A stretch of 42,967 nt of DNA from Chiloscyllium plagiosum (lineage: Eukaryota), in contig NC_057750.1 in assembly GCF_004010195.1 (NCBI RefSeq), positions 14,680,030 through 14,722,996 of the forward strand, in the 5' to 3' direction. This document shows positions 1-12,129 of this stretch, one piece after another. A program made the position numbers and the translations under genes. Numbering within the stretch: the first letter of the stretch is position 1; every line of letters begins with the position of its first letter. The notes under the pieces were generated by a model that did not search any database, was not told the DNA's origin, and saw only the letters and a list, made by a program, of their open reading frames with translations.

Positions 1-553
1 GATTCATAACAGCACACAAACCAACAGCCACTCTCAGACAACAACTCACCAGGACGAAGGACCCGATACCCAGCATGAGCAAAACCAATGTAGTGTACAA
101 AATCCCATGCAAGGACTGCACAAAACACTACATAGGACAAACAGGAAGACAGCTAACGGTCCGCATCCATGAACACCAACTAGCCACGAAACGACATGAC
201 CAGTTATCCTTAGTAGCCACACACTCAGATGACAAGCAACATGAGTTCGACTGGGACAACATTACTATTATAGGACAAGCCAAACAGAGAACAGCCAGAA
301 CCTCCTGCCATTGCTGATCGACTCATCCACAGATTCAATCAATAAGCACATCAACCTGGACCCAATATACTGGCCACTGCAGCGGACAGCTGGAACTGAC
401 AACCAGAAGCAGCAGGTACACATCACTATAAATGCCGGAGGAAAGATCACAGAAGTGCTTTACAGGGGGCTCCCAAGAACTGAGGATGTCACCTAGACAG
501 GGGACGAAACATTTGCAACACAAATTCCCAGCTCGGCGAACAGAACCACAACA
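1..553 (+). mobile_element. Penelope-like element (Penelope/Poseidon type): 3' end with GIY-YIG endonuclease remnant and pseudo-LTR
   Basis: ORF 75-317 encodes NVVYKIPCKDCTKHYIGQTGRQLTVRIHEH, a PLE GIY-YIG motif. It is frameshifted near its end and followed by an HHR-like motif at 480-515. Confidence 0.9.
474..516 (+). ncRNA. Minimal type I hammerhead ribozyme motif in the PLE pseudo-LTR (possibly degenerate)
   Basis: CTGAGGA (480-486), stem II GTC..CCT/AGG..GAC, then GAAAC (506-510). The stem III palindrome reads ACAT rather than ACGT. Confidence 0.6.
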
Positions 554-564
554 AAAAGAAGCAT

Positions 565-2001
565 TGGGTCGTGCAGGGATTCCAAGTCACCCTGAGGAGG
601 GCAATCAACTCCTGGTGTTCCTCCGCACCCAAGTAGCATCTTTCCACTTTCAGAACCTGCAGCGATACCTTTACTCGAGCCTTCTCCCAGATGGTCTGTC
701 ATGGCAAGGTATTTTTTCTGCCAGGTGTGTAACACATAGCTCCTGTTCATTGACCGAGAGGGTGGGCAATTCACCCTCAGAACACTGCCTGTCCTTTACC
801 AAGACCTGATCAATGTCTGGAACAAAGTCGACTCATGCCAGGCCTTCCTGCCATCTGGAATAGCGGCCATCATCAGAGAGCTGTTGCTCAGGAATCCACA
901 CCTCTGCCATTGTGGGTTCGAGTGACTGGCGGAGGGCAGGGATATGGCCAAGGGAGTAACCAGAGTTGGAGGTACGCTGGGTGGCAGAGGTCTGGGCTGG
1001 ATGTTGCCACAGGAAGTGGCATGCAAGGTGACGGTGGACGTCCATCTCACAGCAGATGCCATCCAATGCCTGAAAACAACGGTGCTTGGGCCTGATGGCA
1101 TGCGTCAGTTGGAGGATGGAAGAAAAGTGAGGACTGCAGATGCTGGAGATCAGAGTCAAAAGGTGTGGTGCTGGAAAAGCACAGCCACTCTCCTGCTCCT
1201 CAGATGGAGGATGCTCAAATGCTCGTTGGAATCCTGTCAGTGTGTACCCCTGTTGGTACAGAATCTCACATTGACTCCATGGTCCTGAACCTCCCTCAGG
1301 AGCCTGTGCCCCACAACCTGAGCCTCCTCCTTAGTCTGTGCTGTGTGTCATTTAGGAAGGCAAACAGCAGTTCTTGGTCAGGTTGTTGCTGCACACCATC
1401 CACCTCGACTCTTACATTCACCACCCGGCCTCGCTTTGGTGTCCTTACTTGCTGCTGGGCAGCAGGGATCCCCAATGGAGGCCTTCCACGTGGGAGTCCT
1501 CCCTCTTTCCATCAGGACCCTGGGTTGGAGGGTGTTGAACCCAGCCGTCCCATATAACCACAGACTGCAGCAGTTCACAGACTCCCAGCCAAACTGTTCA
1601 TTTTGTGGCGGTGTGGAGTCCGTGGGCCACGTATATATTGGTTGTGGGCATTTACACTCCCTTTCTGGTTATTGTTTAAATTAACTGTCGTGTTTGAAGT
1701 CGCACTTTATCATTACACTCCTGATCTTTGGGCACCTGATGCGAAGGGGTGTGGGCGGATTGAAGAAGCCCCTTGTGGGTGTGATCTTGGACCTGGCCGG
1801 GATGGCAATGAACAGATGCAGGCAGTGGAGGCAGTGATCTCTGCCGACTGCTTATTCCTCTTCCACAGTTACATTCGAGCCCAGATGTCATCGGAGAGGG
1901 AGCACATGGTGTCCACCAATGCCTTCATCGCCTTTAGGGAGAGATGGGCACCGCAGTGGACGGAGAGTCTTATTCCTCCCTCTAACTCCAATTTGATTTA
2001 G
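565..2001 (+). mobile_element. Tx1/L1-clade non-LTR retrotransposon, degenerate C-terminal part of ORF2
   Basis: Frameshifted fragments LVFLRTQVASFHFQNLQRYL and WRVLNPAVPYNHRL..NCSFCGGVESVGHVYIGC, the latter a CxxC..ES..H...C zinc knuckle typical of L1/Tx1 ORF2. Confidence 0.8.
1119..1204. mobile_element. Mini PLE-derived insertion (inverted tail plus sense fragment) inside the Tx1 remnant
   Basis: Reverse-strand tail AAAGTGAGGACTGCAGATGCTGGAGATCAGAG followed by sense CTCCTGCTCCTCAGA. Flanked by the 9-bp direct repeat TGGAGGATG (1110-1118 and 1205-1213). Confidence 0.75.
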
Positions 2002-2291
2002 TCCCCTCCTTCTCTCCCTCATCCCCCCACTCCCATTACATTTTGATGACAGCCCTTCACAGACTTTTCTTGTTAATGTTCAATTGGTCACATGGGTGTT
2101 TCCATGATGATGGAAGAAATGAATAATCAAGTATATACACAATGGTGTCTTATTACTGTGCATTCGAAGCATTGCTGCTGTGCAGGCTTGGACGCAGTGG
2201 TAGTGTGGGGTGTTTAAGAGAAAATAAAGCAGATCCATGGGACCCTCTTGTAAACCTGGAAGAGAGAAAAAAAAAGATATTTGTCACTTTT

Positions 2292-2403
2292 AGGGCCCTT
2301 GTGGCGCTGAGGTAGTATCCCTATCCCTATCCTGAGACTGAGAAACCTGGGTTCAAGATCCACCTGTACCAGTGACATGACTGAACAGGTTCAAAAAAGA
2401 AAA
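2292..2403 (+). mobile_element. Short tRNA-derived SINE-like repeat, copy 1
   Basis: A-box-like TGGCGCTGAGG, B-box-like GGTTCAAGATCC, ending in GAACAGGTT plus an A-rich tail; similar to 2559-2676. Confidence 0.55.
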
Positions 2404-2558
2404 TCCATGCAATAATTATTTTTTAAATTAGACTTCCAGTGTAGTTCCTGATGATTGGAAAATAAATAGTGTCCTTCTACCAATGATTTTAGAGAGAGAG
2501 GCTGGAGTGCTTTATCTCCTCTTCCAGTTCCATTTAGAAAAAAAATGTTTCGCTCTTT

Positions 2559-2676
2559 GGGCTCTTGAGGTAAAATGGTAGAATCCTTATCCGAAGACCA
2601 AGAGACCTGAATTCAAGTCTCACCTGCTCTGGATATATGGAATAACATCTCCGAACAGGTTGACTAGAAAAAGAAA
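2559..2676 (+). mobile_element. Short tRNA-derived SINE-like repeat, copy 2
   Basis: GGGCTCTTGAGGTAAAATGGTAG...ACCTGAATTCAAGTCTCACCTG...GAACAGGTTGA plus A-rich tail; collinear with copy 1. Confidence 0.5.
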
Positions 2677-3114
2677 TTTGTCACTCTTGCATTTGCCCTG
2701 ATGGATACAAGGCAATAAACACTCATTTTTCAGCAATAATTCTCTATAACTCTTGCACCTCTTTATAATTTCTTTGCAAATTTGGTCCACGACATCTTTT
2801 CCATTCATGTAGAGACAACTATAAACAACAGATTTGCACTGTTCTGTAGCTCAGTTCTAGCTAAATAGATTCTGTCACTTACTCCTTGTTCCCCATTCCT
2901 ACCATGGTGCAGAGAGAGAAGAGAAATGTTGTAATTGGGGATAGCGTAGTTAGAGGCATGGACACTGTGACCAGGATGGAGAGGCGCAAAGGTTGTGTTG
3001 CCTGCCTGGTGTTTGGATTCGGGTTATCTCATCTGAGCTGCAGAGGAACTTGGAGTGGGAAGGGAAAGATTCAGTGGTCGTGGTCCACATAGGTACCAAA
3101 CGACATAGACTAGT

Positions 3115-3428
3115 GGGCGGCACAGTGGCACAGTGGTTAGCACTGCTGCCTCACAGCGCCTGAGACCCGGGTTCAATTCCCGCCTCAGGCGACTGACTGT
3201 GTGGAGTTTGCACGTTCTCCCCGTGTCTGCGTGGGTTTCCTCCGGGTGCTCCGGTTTCCTCCCACAGTCCAAAGATGTGCAGGGCCAGGTGAATTGGCCA
3301 TACTAAATTGCCCGTAGTGTTAGGTAAGGGGTCAATGTAGGGGTATGGGTAGGTTGCGCTTCGGCGGGCCAGTGTGGACTTGTTGGGCCAAAGGGCCTGT
3401 TTCCACACTGTAATCTAATCTAATCTAA
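3115..3428 (+). mobile_element. HE1-type tRNA-derived SINE inserted in CR1 ORF1
   Basis: Head GGGCGGCACAGTGGCACAGTGGTTAGCACTGCTGCCTCAC, B box GGTTCAATTCC, central TGTGGAGTTTGCACGTTCTCCCC, CR1-derived tail GGGCCTGTTTCC and (TAATC)n. Confidence 0.93.
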
Positions 3429-6354
3429 AACTAAACTAGGGCAGAGCTTCTGCTAAGGGAGAATGAACAGCTAGGAGGTAAATTTAAAAGCAGAACTACA
3501 AAAAGGTAATAATCTCTGGATTACTACCTGAGCCACGAGTTAATTGGCTCAGGATCAATAAGATTAAGCAGGTAAATGCATGGCTCAAAGACTGGTGGGA
3601 GAAATGGGTTTGAATTAATGGAACATTGGCGCCAGTACTGGGGAAGAAGGGGCGTGTTCCTATGGGACGGTCTTCATCTGAACCGTGCTGGGACCAGAAA
3701 CTTAGTGACTCATATAACTAGGCTGTAGATAGGGCTTTAAACTAAATGGTGGGTTGGGGGACAGGTTGGTTCAGTTATAGGGGAAGTTAGAAAACCCAAA
3801 TTAAAGGAGGAGGTAAGAGTGCAGAATTCAGGAGAGGCTATTAAAGTCTCCAGCTAGATACAAAAAGGCTGTGTGTATGAAAAGGATTAGCAACCAAACT
3901 TCAAGCATTCTTCACAAATGAATGACAATGAGAAGAGGAATGGTTAATACAGGACTGAAGGGGTTATAGCTACACACAGGATAAGGAATAAGATAAATGA
4001 ACTTGAGGCGCAGATCAAAATTGTCAGGTATGTTTGGTGGGCATCATGGAGACGTGGCTGCAAGGATTGAGCTGAATACTCAAGGACATACATCCTATCA
4101 AAAAGATGGGTGGGGGTATGGTGTTGCCTTATTAGTAAGAAATGAAATTAAATCAATAATAAAAAACAAAGTAGGGTCAGATGGTGAATAATCTGAGTGG
4201 GTAGAATTGAGGAACCGCAAAGGTTTAAAAAAAATCATAGCTGGAGTTATTTTCAGGCCTCCAAACAGTAGTCAGGAGCTGGGGCACAAGATACACCAGG
4301 AGATAGAAAAGATGTGCAGGAAAGGAAAATTTAAAGTGATCATGGGGAACGTCAGCATGCAGATGGACTGGGAAAATCAGGTTGGTAGTGGATTGCAAGA
4401 AAAAGGAATTTGTGGAATGTTCACAAGATTTTTTTTGGAACAGGTAATACTGGATTTAGTGTTATGCAATAGGGCAGACTTGGTAAGGGAATGTAAGGTG
4501 AAGGAACCCTTGGAGACAGTGATCATCATACGATTGAATTTACTCTGCAATTTGAGAGGGAGAAACAAGAATCAGAGGTAATGGCATCACAGCTTGAATA
4601 AAGGCAACTACAGAGGCATGAGGGAGGAGCTGGGTAGAATTGACTGCGAGGGGAGCTTAGCAGGAAAGACAGTCGATCAGCAATGGCAGGAGTTTCTGGG
4701 AGTAATTCAGGAGACACAGCAGAGATTCATTCTGAGGAAAAAGAAGCGTGGTACAGGGAGGATAAGGCAACCATGGCCAACTAGGGAAGTCAGGGATAGC
4801 GTAAAAGCAAAAGAGAGAGCATATAATGTGGTGAAAGGCAGTGGGAAACCTGAAGATAGGGACTCTTACAAAGAGCAACAGAGGGCAACAAAAAAAGAAA
4901 TAAGGAGGAAGGACATTAAATATGAGGGTAAGCTAGATATATAAAGGGCAAAAGTGGACATTGGGCTACTGGAAAATAATGCTGGAGAGATAGTAGTGGG
5001 GAACAAGGAAATGATTGAGGAGTTAGTCTTCACAGTGAAAGACACAAGTGATATTCAAAAATTCAAGAGAGGGAGGGGGCAGAGCTGAGTCTGGTGGCCA
5101 TCATCAAGGAGAAGGTGCTAGAAAAACTGAATGGCCTGAAGGTGGATAAATCATCAGGACCAGATGGACTATACCCCAGAGTTCTAAGGGAGGTAGCTGA
5201 GGACATAGTGGAGGCGTTAGTGGTGATCTTTCAGGAATTGCTAGAATCAGGGAGGGTTACAGAGAACTGGACAATCACCAATGTAACACCCCTGTTTAAA
5301 AAGGAAGTAAGGAAAAAGATGGAAAATTACAGACCAATTAGCCTAACCTCGGTCATGGGTAAGATCCTGGAAGGATGAGATTTCTGAATACTTAGAGGTA
5401 TATGGCAAAATAGGGCAAAGTCAGCATGGCTTCATCAAGGTGAGGCCATGCCTGACAAACTTACTAGAATTCTTTGGGGAAGTAACAAACAGGGTTAGAC
5501 CAAGGAGAGCCAATGGATATTATCTGCCTGGACTTCAAGAAGGCCTTTGACAAAGTGTCACTCAGGAGACTACCGAGTAAGATAAGAGATCATGATGTTA
5601 GAGGCAAGGTGCTAGCAGGGATAGAAGCTTGGTTGTCTGGTAGAAAGCAGAGAGTGGGGATAAAAGGGTCCTTCTAAGGATGGCAGCCAGGTTCCACAAG
5701 GCTCAGTGTTGGGTCCACAACTTTTCACTTTATACATTAACAATCTAAATGAAGGAACTGAGGGCATTCTGGCTAAGTTTGCAGATGATACAAAGATAGG
5801 TAGAGGGACAGGTGACATTAAAGAGGCCGGGAGGCTGCAGAAGGATTTGGGCAAGTTAGGAGAGTGGGCAAAGAAGTGGCAGATGGAGTACAATGTGGGA
5901 ATGTGTGAGGTCATGCACTTTGGGAGGAAGAATAGAGGCATGGACTATTTTCAAAAAGGGGAGAAAATTCAGAAGTCTGAAATGTAAAGAGACTTGGGAA
6001 TTCTAGTCCAGGATTCTCTTAAGATAAACTTGCAAGTTGAGCCAAATGCAATGATGGCATCTATTTTGAGAGAACTTAAAATAAGGGATATACTTCTGAG
6101 GCTCTATAAGGCTCTGGTCAGACCCATTTGGAATATTGTGCGTGGTTTTGTGCCCCATATCTCAGGAAGGATGTACTGGCCCTGGAGCGTGTTCAGAGGA
6201 GGTTCACAAGAACGGTCCCAGGAATCAAAAGCTTAATGTATGCGGAATATTTGAGGACTCTTGGTCTATACTTGGAGTTTAGAAGGATGAGGGGGCATGT
6301 AATTGAAACATACAGAATACTAAATGGCCTGGATAGAGTTAATGTTGAGAAAGA

Positions 6355-6601
6355 TATAAAAGGGAACTAAGGGACAACTTTTTCATGCAGTGGGTGGTGC
6401 GTGTATGGAATGAGCTGCCAGAGGAAGTGGTGGAGGCTGGTACAACTACAACATTTAAAAGGCATCTGGATGGGTATGTGAAGGGTTAGAGGGATATGGG
6501 CCAAGTGCTGGCAAATTGGACTATTCTAGATTAGGATTTCTGGTCGGCATGGATGTGTTGGACCAAAGGGTCTATTTCTGTGCTGTACTCTATGACTCTA
6601 T
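6355..6601 (+). mobile_element. 3' fragment of a second CR1 subfamily nested in the 3' end of the long CR1
   Basis: Interrupts the host sequence GTTGAGA|AGATGTTTCCC; ends with GGGTCTATTTCTGTGCTGTACTCTATGACTCTAT, the same tail type as at 19493. Confidence 0.8.
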
Positions 6602-6949
6602 AAGATGTTTCCCTTGGTAGGAGAGACTGGGACCCAAGTGCACAAGCTTAGAGTAAAAGGGAAGACCTTTCTGAACGGAGTTAAGGAGAACTTCTTCAGC
6701 CAGACAGTGGTTAATCTATGGAATTTATTACCAAACAAGGCTGTGGAAGCCAGGTCATTGAGTATATTTCAGACTGAGATTGATTGGTTCTCAAGTATCA
6801 AGGGTTACGGGGAGAAAACGTGAGAATGGGATTGAGAAACTTATCAGCCATGATTGTATGCTGGAGCAGACCCGATGGGCTGAATGGCCTAATTCCTGCT
6901 CCTGTCTTATGGTCTATCTTCAGCATCTATACCATCTTTTCCTAGCTAC

Positions 6950-7088
6950 TGCTACTTCTGACGAGGGGACACTGAGCCCGAAATGTTAACTCTGCTTTCT
7001 CTCTACAGATACTGTCAGAACTACTGAGTTTCCCCAGCAATTTCTATTTTTGTTTCAGATTTCCAGCATCTGAAGCTCTTTGTTTTAC
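6950..7088 (+). ncRNA. PLE-derived short repeat with hammerhead motif (variant subfamily)
   Basis: CTGACGA (6958-6964), stem II GGG..CCC, GAAA (6980-6983), TGTTAAC, then the family tail CAGATACTGTCAGA..CCAGCATCTG. Confidence 0.6.
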
Positions 7089-7157
7089 TTACCCTAATTT
7101 AGACTTTACTTCTTTCTCCCTTACTCTGAATTGACTTAATCATTTACTGTTTCATAT

Positions 7158-7932
7158 TGTCACAAAGTTGAAAGTGTATGTTTGCTTTAAGATAGAAAGT
7201 GTTTTCTGAATTTTTAAAGTAAATTTAAAGTACAGCCACAGCTGCCAAACAGAGCAGCTAAAGGATGGGCTGTTCCAAAATAGATCCCCATGTAACAATT
7301 GGCTGTTAAATGGATACCTGAGTTTTGGTTGCTGTTTTGACGACAATTCGAATTTAACCAATTAATTTAAAATATTCCCAGGATACTGAAACCCAGCTGA
7401 GTTTGAATTTACTGTATTGGCAACATCAGACCAATGAGAGGATACGATGTTGGGGGCAATGTTGAAAATTTGGTCAGAATAACTGCCATAGAGCGAGCGA
7501 GCTAACTGCCCATCTAATATCTTGCTCTCAAAGAAAGAAGAATACACTCTCTATCAAAAACTACTTTTTCCCGTAAAAAAATACTTGCAGTTAAAAGAAA
7601 GAAGACCAACTCAAGGAAATCAACAGACTGAAGATTGAAGGCAGTGGAGAAGACAGAGTGTGAACTTGAGATTAGGTTAGTGTAATGTTTAATAATTGTG
7701 TTATTGGAACAGCATTTTTATAGAAAGTAATTAGTTAAGAAAAAGTGTTCAGTTTGTTAATAGTTTTGTTTAGTATTCACTATTAGAGTCAGGAAAATAA
7801 ATAGTTATTTTTCTTTAAGTAGTGGAAATTAGGAGTTTTCTTTCACTCACTCACTTTTAACAGATTACGAGGCAAACTTTTCTGGGTGTTTGGTTTTATT
7901 TACCAGAGGAGTTCAACCTACACATTGTAACA
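7158..7932 (+). mobile_element. Probable solo LTR
   Basis: Termini TGTCACAA...TTGTAACA (imperfect inverted repeat), flanks ATAT/ATGT, internal CCAAT motifs and AATAAA near 7796. Confidence 0.55.
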
Positions 7933-8227
7933 ATGTTCCGGTGCTATCTATCTCTTCCAGTATTCAGTGTGCCTTGGTATTGCGCCGTAGCCATGGGAAA
8001 AGCCTTCCTGTCGCACCTTGTAAGAATTTAATTGCAATTTGCGAGCTGTGAGATTGGAGCCAATTCGAATTCCCACTGAATTCTATCATGGGAAATATCA
8101 ATGATGGGTTATTATACTGTACCAGAGATTTACAACAAGCCAATGTGGACACTGTCAACAAGCAAATGTCATTATCTACAAGGTTAGGGCAAACTGACAC
8201 TTTCAAAAAGCTCCATTCATTTTGTAA

Positions 8228-8700
8228 GACAGACAATAGACAATAGGTGCAGGAGTAGGCCATTCTGCCCTTCGAGCCTGCACTACCATTCAATATGATT
8301 ATGGCTGATCATCCTTAATCAGTATCCTGTTCCTGCCTTATCTCCATAACTCTTGATTTCACTATCCTTGAGAGCTCTATCCAGCTCTTTCTTAAATGAA
8401 TCCAGAGACTGAGCCTCCACTGCCCTCTGGGGCAGAGCATTCCACACAGCCACCACTCTCTGGGTGAAGAAGTGTCTCCTCATCTCTGTCCTAAATGGTC
8501 TACCCCGTATTTTTAAGCTGTGTCCTAGCCAGAGTGTCTTTCCTCAAATTTGGAGACCAGAACTGCACACAGTACTCCAGGTGTGGTCTCACCAGGGCCC
8601 TGTACAGCTGCAGAAGAACCTCTTTGCTTCTATACTCAATCCCTCTTGTTATGAAGGCCAGCATGCTATTAGCCTTCTTCACTACCTGCTGTACCTGCAG
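8228..8700 (-). mobile_element. CR1 3' fragment with internal deletion
   Basis: Minus-strand QVVKKANSMLAFITRGIEYRSKEVLLQLYRALVRPHLEYCVQFWSP joined directly to the CR1 3' UTR and tail. Confidence 0.9.
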
Positions 8701-8987
8701 GCACATGAACACACATGCACGTAAATGCCCTAACCTGTACCTTTCACAATACTGAGAACTGCGGGCAGTTATTTGTGATATAATAAGTGTCACTAAACAA
8801 TGTTTTTCCACTTCTCAAGCCAGTAATATAACAATAAATCATTGTTAAAAACAAATTTCTTCATAGTTATGTAAGAACTGAGAGCACCTGGTACTTAAAT
8901 TCAATAGATTATTTGACAGCTCCTCATTCATTAAGTGTTCATAAAATATAGGTTTGCTTGCTAACATTTCATAGCTGTCAGCCAGCA

Positions 8988-9330
8988 GGGCAGATGGTGG
9001 TGTAGTGGTAATGTCACTAGATTCAATCCTGGTTTATGCTCTGAGGATACAGGTTGAAAATCTGGTGAAATTTTCAATTCAGGATTGACAAGTTTCCGTA
9101 ACGGTAACCGTGCGCATATCATCAGTTGTCATGAAAACTTAACTAGTCCACTTAATACCTTTTAGTTATCTGCCTGATCTACATATGACTCCAGGCCTAC
9201 AGCAATGTGGTTGACACAAATGCCATTTGAAATGGATTAGCTAGTAAGTGACTGAAAGGCAATTGAGGATGAGTAACAAATAAATGCTGACTTTGCATAT
9301 GATCTCCACAATATGTAAAAAAATAAAGAT
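8988..9330 (+). mobile_element. SacSINE1-like DeuSINE, decayed
   Basis: tRNA-like head TGGTGTAGTGGTAATGTCACTAGA and core ACTCCAGGCCTACAGCAATGTGGTTGAC, shared with 29670-29986. Confidence 0.6.
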
Positions 9331-10357
9331 ATTCACTGATTTAAAACATTCCACACTCTACTGCCATCACAGTCAATACCACCCCATCCTCTTCAGATTT
9401 TCTGATAGGCCTCGGAAAGCATTTGATCACCTTACCCTAATGGCCTCCATTTTGAAAGTCCAAGGAATATAGAGGAGAGCTCTCTCCTCATTTAATTGTA
9501 AAGGGTCTCCCAAGGATTAATGTGCTCAGAATACAAAACACTGAGCTACAAAATGTGGTAAAGCATACATGCATTTATGGGAAGAAAGGAATATCTAACA
9601 GACTGAAAAGATAAAGAATAGCAGGTTTCCATGGAGCATAAGCATCTGTGTGTGAATACAGTGCTTAATGGTCTGTTTGTGTTCTATTCAATGTATTACA
9701 CAGGAAATTGGCAAGGAAGAATTTCAGGACTCTAATGGAATGTGTTCCTTTAATGAAATATATCCAAGTGGCTGAACAGCAAATAGGTATACTGTAAGTT
9801 TCTTCTGATCTTAAATCTTGATTTTCCTCCATGCTTAGACAGTCCTTTCACACTTAGGCTTTAGGATCCTAAGCTACCTTGCAATGATGCAACAAGAGTT
9901 GTTCCTCACTGGGCATAAATAGCACAGTTTGGGCAAAACTAAGCCCATGGAGTACTAGTCAGGAGTTTAGCCATGTGAACATTAGAAAAATGTACAGTGA
10001 AACACATTGAGTAGACAGATTCGATTTAAGCAGCACAATACTCTTTCAATAATATAACATTAAGATTAGAATCTGGTTTATCTCTGAATACTATGTGTTG
10101 TAAAATCTAATCCTCATACAAAATAAACACTGACATAAAGAAGCTTAAGGCTGAAGATAGTTCCTGACATTGCTTTCTCCTCAACCAGTCTGTCTTGAAC
10201 CAAAACTCCTGAATGTGGGCATAAAATCACAAAAAAGATAACTGTCTGACCTGGAATGGTATGGGAATTGAATGTGATCCCACTGAACCCACAGGTGATA
10301 GAAATAGGCACACTTTGTTGACTCCTCGGCTTCTCCTTTTCACTTTCTTTTGCTCTC

Positions 10358-10609
10358 ACTTAATGGTGAGGTCCTGGGGAGTGTTGCTGAACAAAGAGAC
10401 CTTGGAGTGCAGGTTCATAGCTCCTTGAAAGTGGAGTCGGAGGTAGATAGGATAGTGAAGAAGGTGTTTGGTATGCTTTCCTTTATTGGTCAGAGTATTG
10501 AGTACAGGAGCTGGGAGGTCATGTTGTGGCTGTACAGGACATTGGTTAGGCCACTGTTGGAATATTGCGTGCAATTCTGGTCTCCTTCCTATCGGAAAGA
10601 TGTTGTGAA
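10358..10609 (+). mobile_element. CR1 ORF2 internal fragment
   Basis: Encodes LNGEVLGSVAEQRDLGVQVHSSLKV..YRTLVRPLLEYCVQFWSP. Confidence 0.9.
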
Positions 10610-10610
10610 A

Positions 10611-10735
10611 TCATTTATCTCTCCACCTTTCAGGCACTCTGCCTGTATTCCTGATGAAGGGCTTTTGCCCGAAACATCGATTTTCCTGCTCCTCAGATGC
10701 TGCCTGAACTGCTGTGCTTTTCCAGCACCACTCTA
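10611..10735 (+). ncRNA. PLE pseudo-LTR fragment with hammerhead motif
   Basis: CTGATGA (10651-10657), stem II GGGC-TTTT-GCCC, GAAA (10671-10674), CATC (CpG-decayed CGTC), then the family tail. Confidence 0.75.
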
Positions 10736-11069
10736 ACCCAAAAGGGATAGGAAAGTGATGGCTGGGAAGGTGATTTGTAGCATCCTTATGTAAGAAATTC
10801 CCAGAGAACAACAGGCAGATTCTGACATTTGTGAACATGATCAGGTATAACACACTGTTCTCCATCATTGCTGCCGCATTAGCATATGAATGCAGCGTAC
10901 CTACACATTAACCACACATAACAGGAACACATTATGTATAAATCACCATAAATTCTCTGCTGAAATGTAACCAGGCAGTTTGAGTAGCTCAGAACTTCAC
11001 ACTGATTACGTTTTGGGATTCTTCCAAAATATATTAGAAGAAAGACCAAAATATGTTTACAAAAATACC

Positions 11070-11193
11070 AAAAGAACTGCAGATGCTGGAAATCAGAAAC
11101 AAAAACAGAAGTTGCTGGAAAAGCTCAGCGGGTCTGGCAGCATCTGTGAAGAGAAATCAGAGTTAATGTTTTGAGTTCGGTGACCTTTCCTCA
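11070..11193 (-). mobile_element. PLE-derived short repeat with a degraded hammerhead
   Basis: Reverse complement of the tail seen at 6985-7088; core decayed to TGAGGA..CAAAAC. Confidence 0.65.
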
Positions 11194-11830
11194 TTATATT
11201 TATTACTGTAATGATCAACCAGTCTTTCAAAGGTCGTTATTAGAAAATATTATTTGTCCAAATCACTGAATTCTGTGATTGTTGAGAATTAAACAGAAAA
11301 GAAAGATCGCTCACAGTTACACTGGATTAAATAAACCAAAGTTCAAACACAATTTAAACTTTAAACTTGTTTACACATTTTATTATTTTATTTTATTCTT
11401 AAGAGCTTGTGGCTTTTCAAGTTGGAAATAAGCTGACTTTATGGAGAGATAGTAAGGAGCCATTGGAAACGAGTAACCCAAAGAATTATTCTAAATGAAA
11501 CAGGAGGGGGAAGTGTCAATCATAACTTTGGGGCTGATTACCAAAGGTTTTTAGTGGTCAACACTTAGCACTGGACAGTGCAAGTGGTCAGATGTTTGAA
11601 ATAATTTAAGAAAGAATTCAGTAAGCTAATCAGGAAATTTCTCCATTCAAGACGAGAGGGAGACTGAAACCAGGAAACTACAGGCCTAATGGCTGTCTTT
11701 GGGAAAGCACTGGAATCTATGGGGGGGGGAGGGGGCAAGGTCTTGCAGGGCACTTTGATCATGTTAGTACAATCAAGCCTGGTTTTGTGAAGGGGAAATC
11801 ATAATTGACTAACTTATTTAAATTATTTTG

Positions 11831-11937
11831 GGATACGGGCCGGGTGCTGGCAGGTGGGACTAGATTGGGTTGGGATATCTGGTCGGCATGGACAGGTTGG
11901 ACCGAATGGTTTCCATGCTATACATCTCTATGACTCA
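11831..11937 (+). mobile_element. CR1 3' tail fragment
   Basis: GGTGCTGGCAGGTGGGACTAGATTGGG...TTTCCATGCTATACATCTCTATGACTC. Confidence 0.8.
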
Positions 11938-12129
11938 AAATCAGTCAGTAATTGTAAATCCGATAAGTAATTTCTTCAAAACACTCTGTAGTGAACCAGT
12001 CACCTACTATACAATTCTCCTTGTTGTTTTCATTTTGATACAGAACTGCAGTGAGATTTTCGTGATACATTTCACTATCATATTCTTATTACTGTTGAAA
12101 AGGAACCACTCTTTAACGGAGATGGAGAC

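Larger units (their letters stand above)
2915..6918 (+). mobile_element. CR1 LINE, degenerate, near full length (ORF1 esterase and ORF2 APE-RT remnants, 3' UTR)
   Basis: ORF1 SGNH motifs VVIGDSVVRG and VVVHIGT; endonuclease GVIFRPPNS; RT motifs NYRPISLTS and LGPQLFTLYIN..KFADDTKIG; CR1 C-terminus YKALVRP/LERVQRRFTR; 3' tail GATGGGCTGAATGGCCTAATTCCTGCTCC. Many stops and frameshifts. Confidence 0.95.

Noticed and set aside
3115..3190. tRNA genes at SINE heads (also 13565, 24428, 29670)
   Set aside because: The A/B boxes continue into SINE bodies and LINE-derived tails; there is no complete cloverleaf with terminator.
10114..10359. Minus-strand ORFs at 10114-10359 and 10611-10868 as host exons
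   Set aside because: No recognisable protein similarity; they partly run into repeats.
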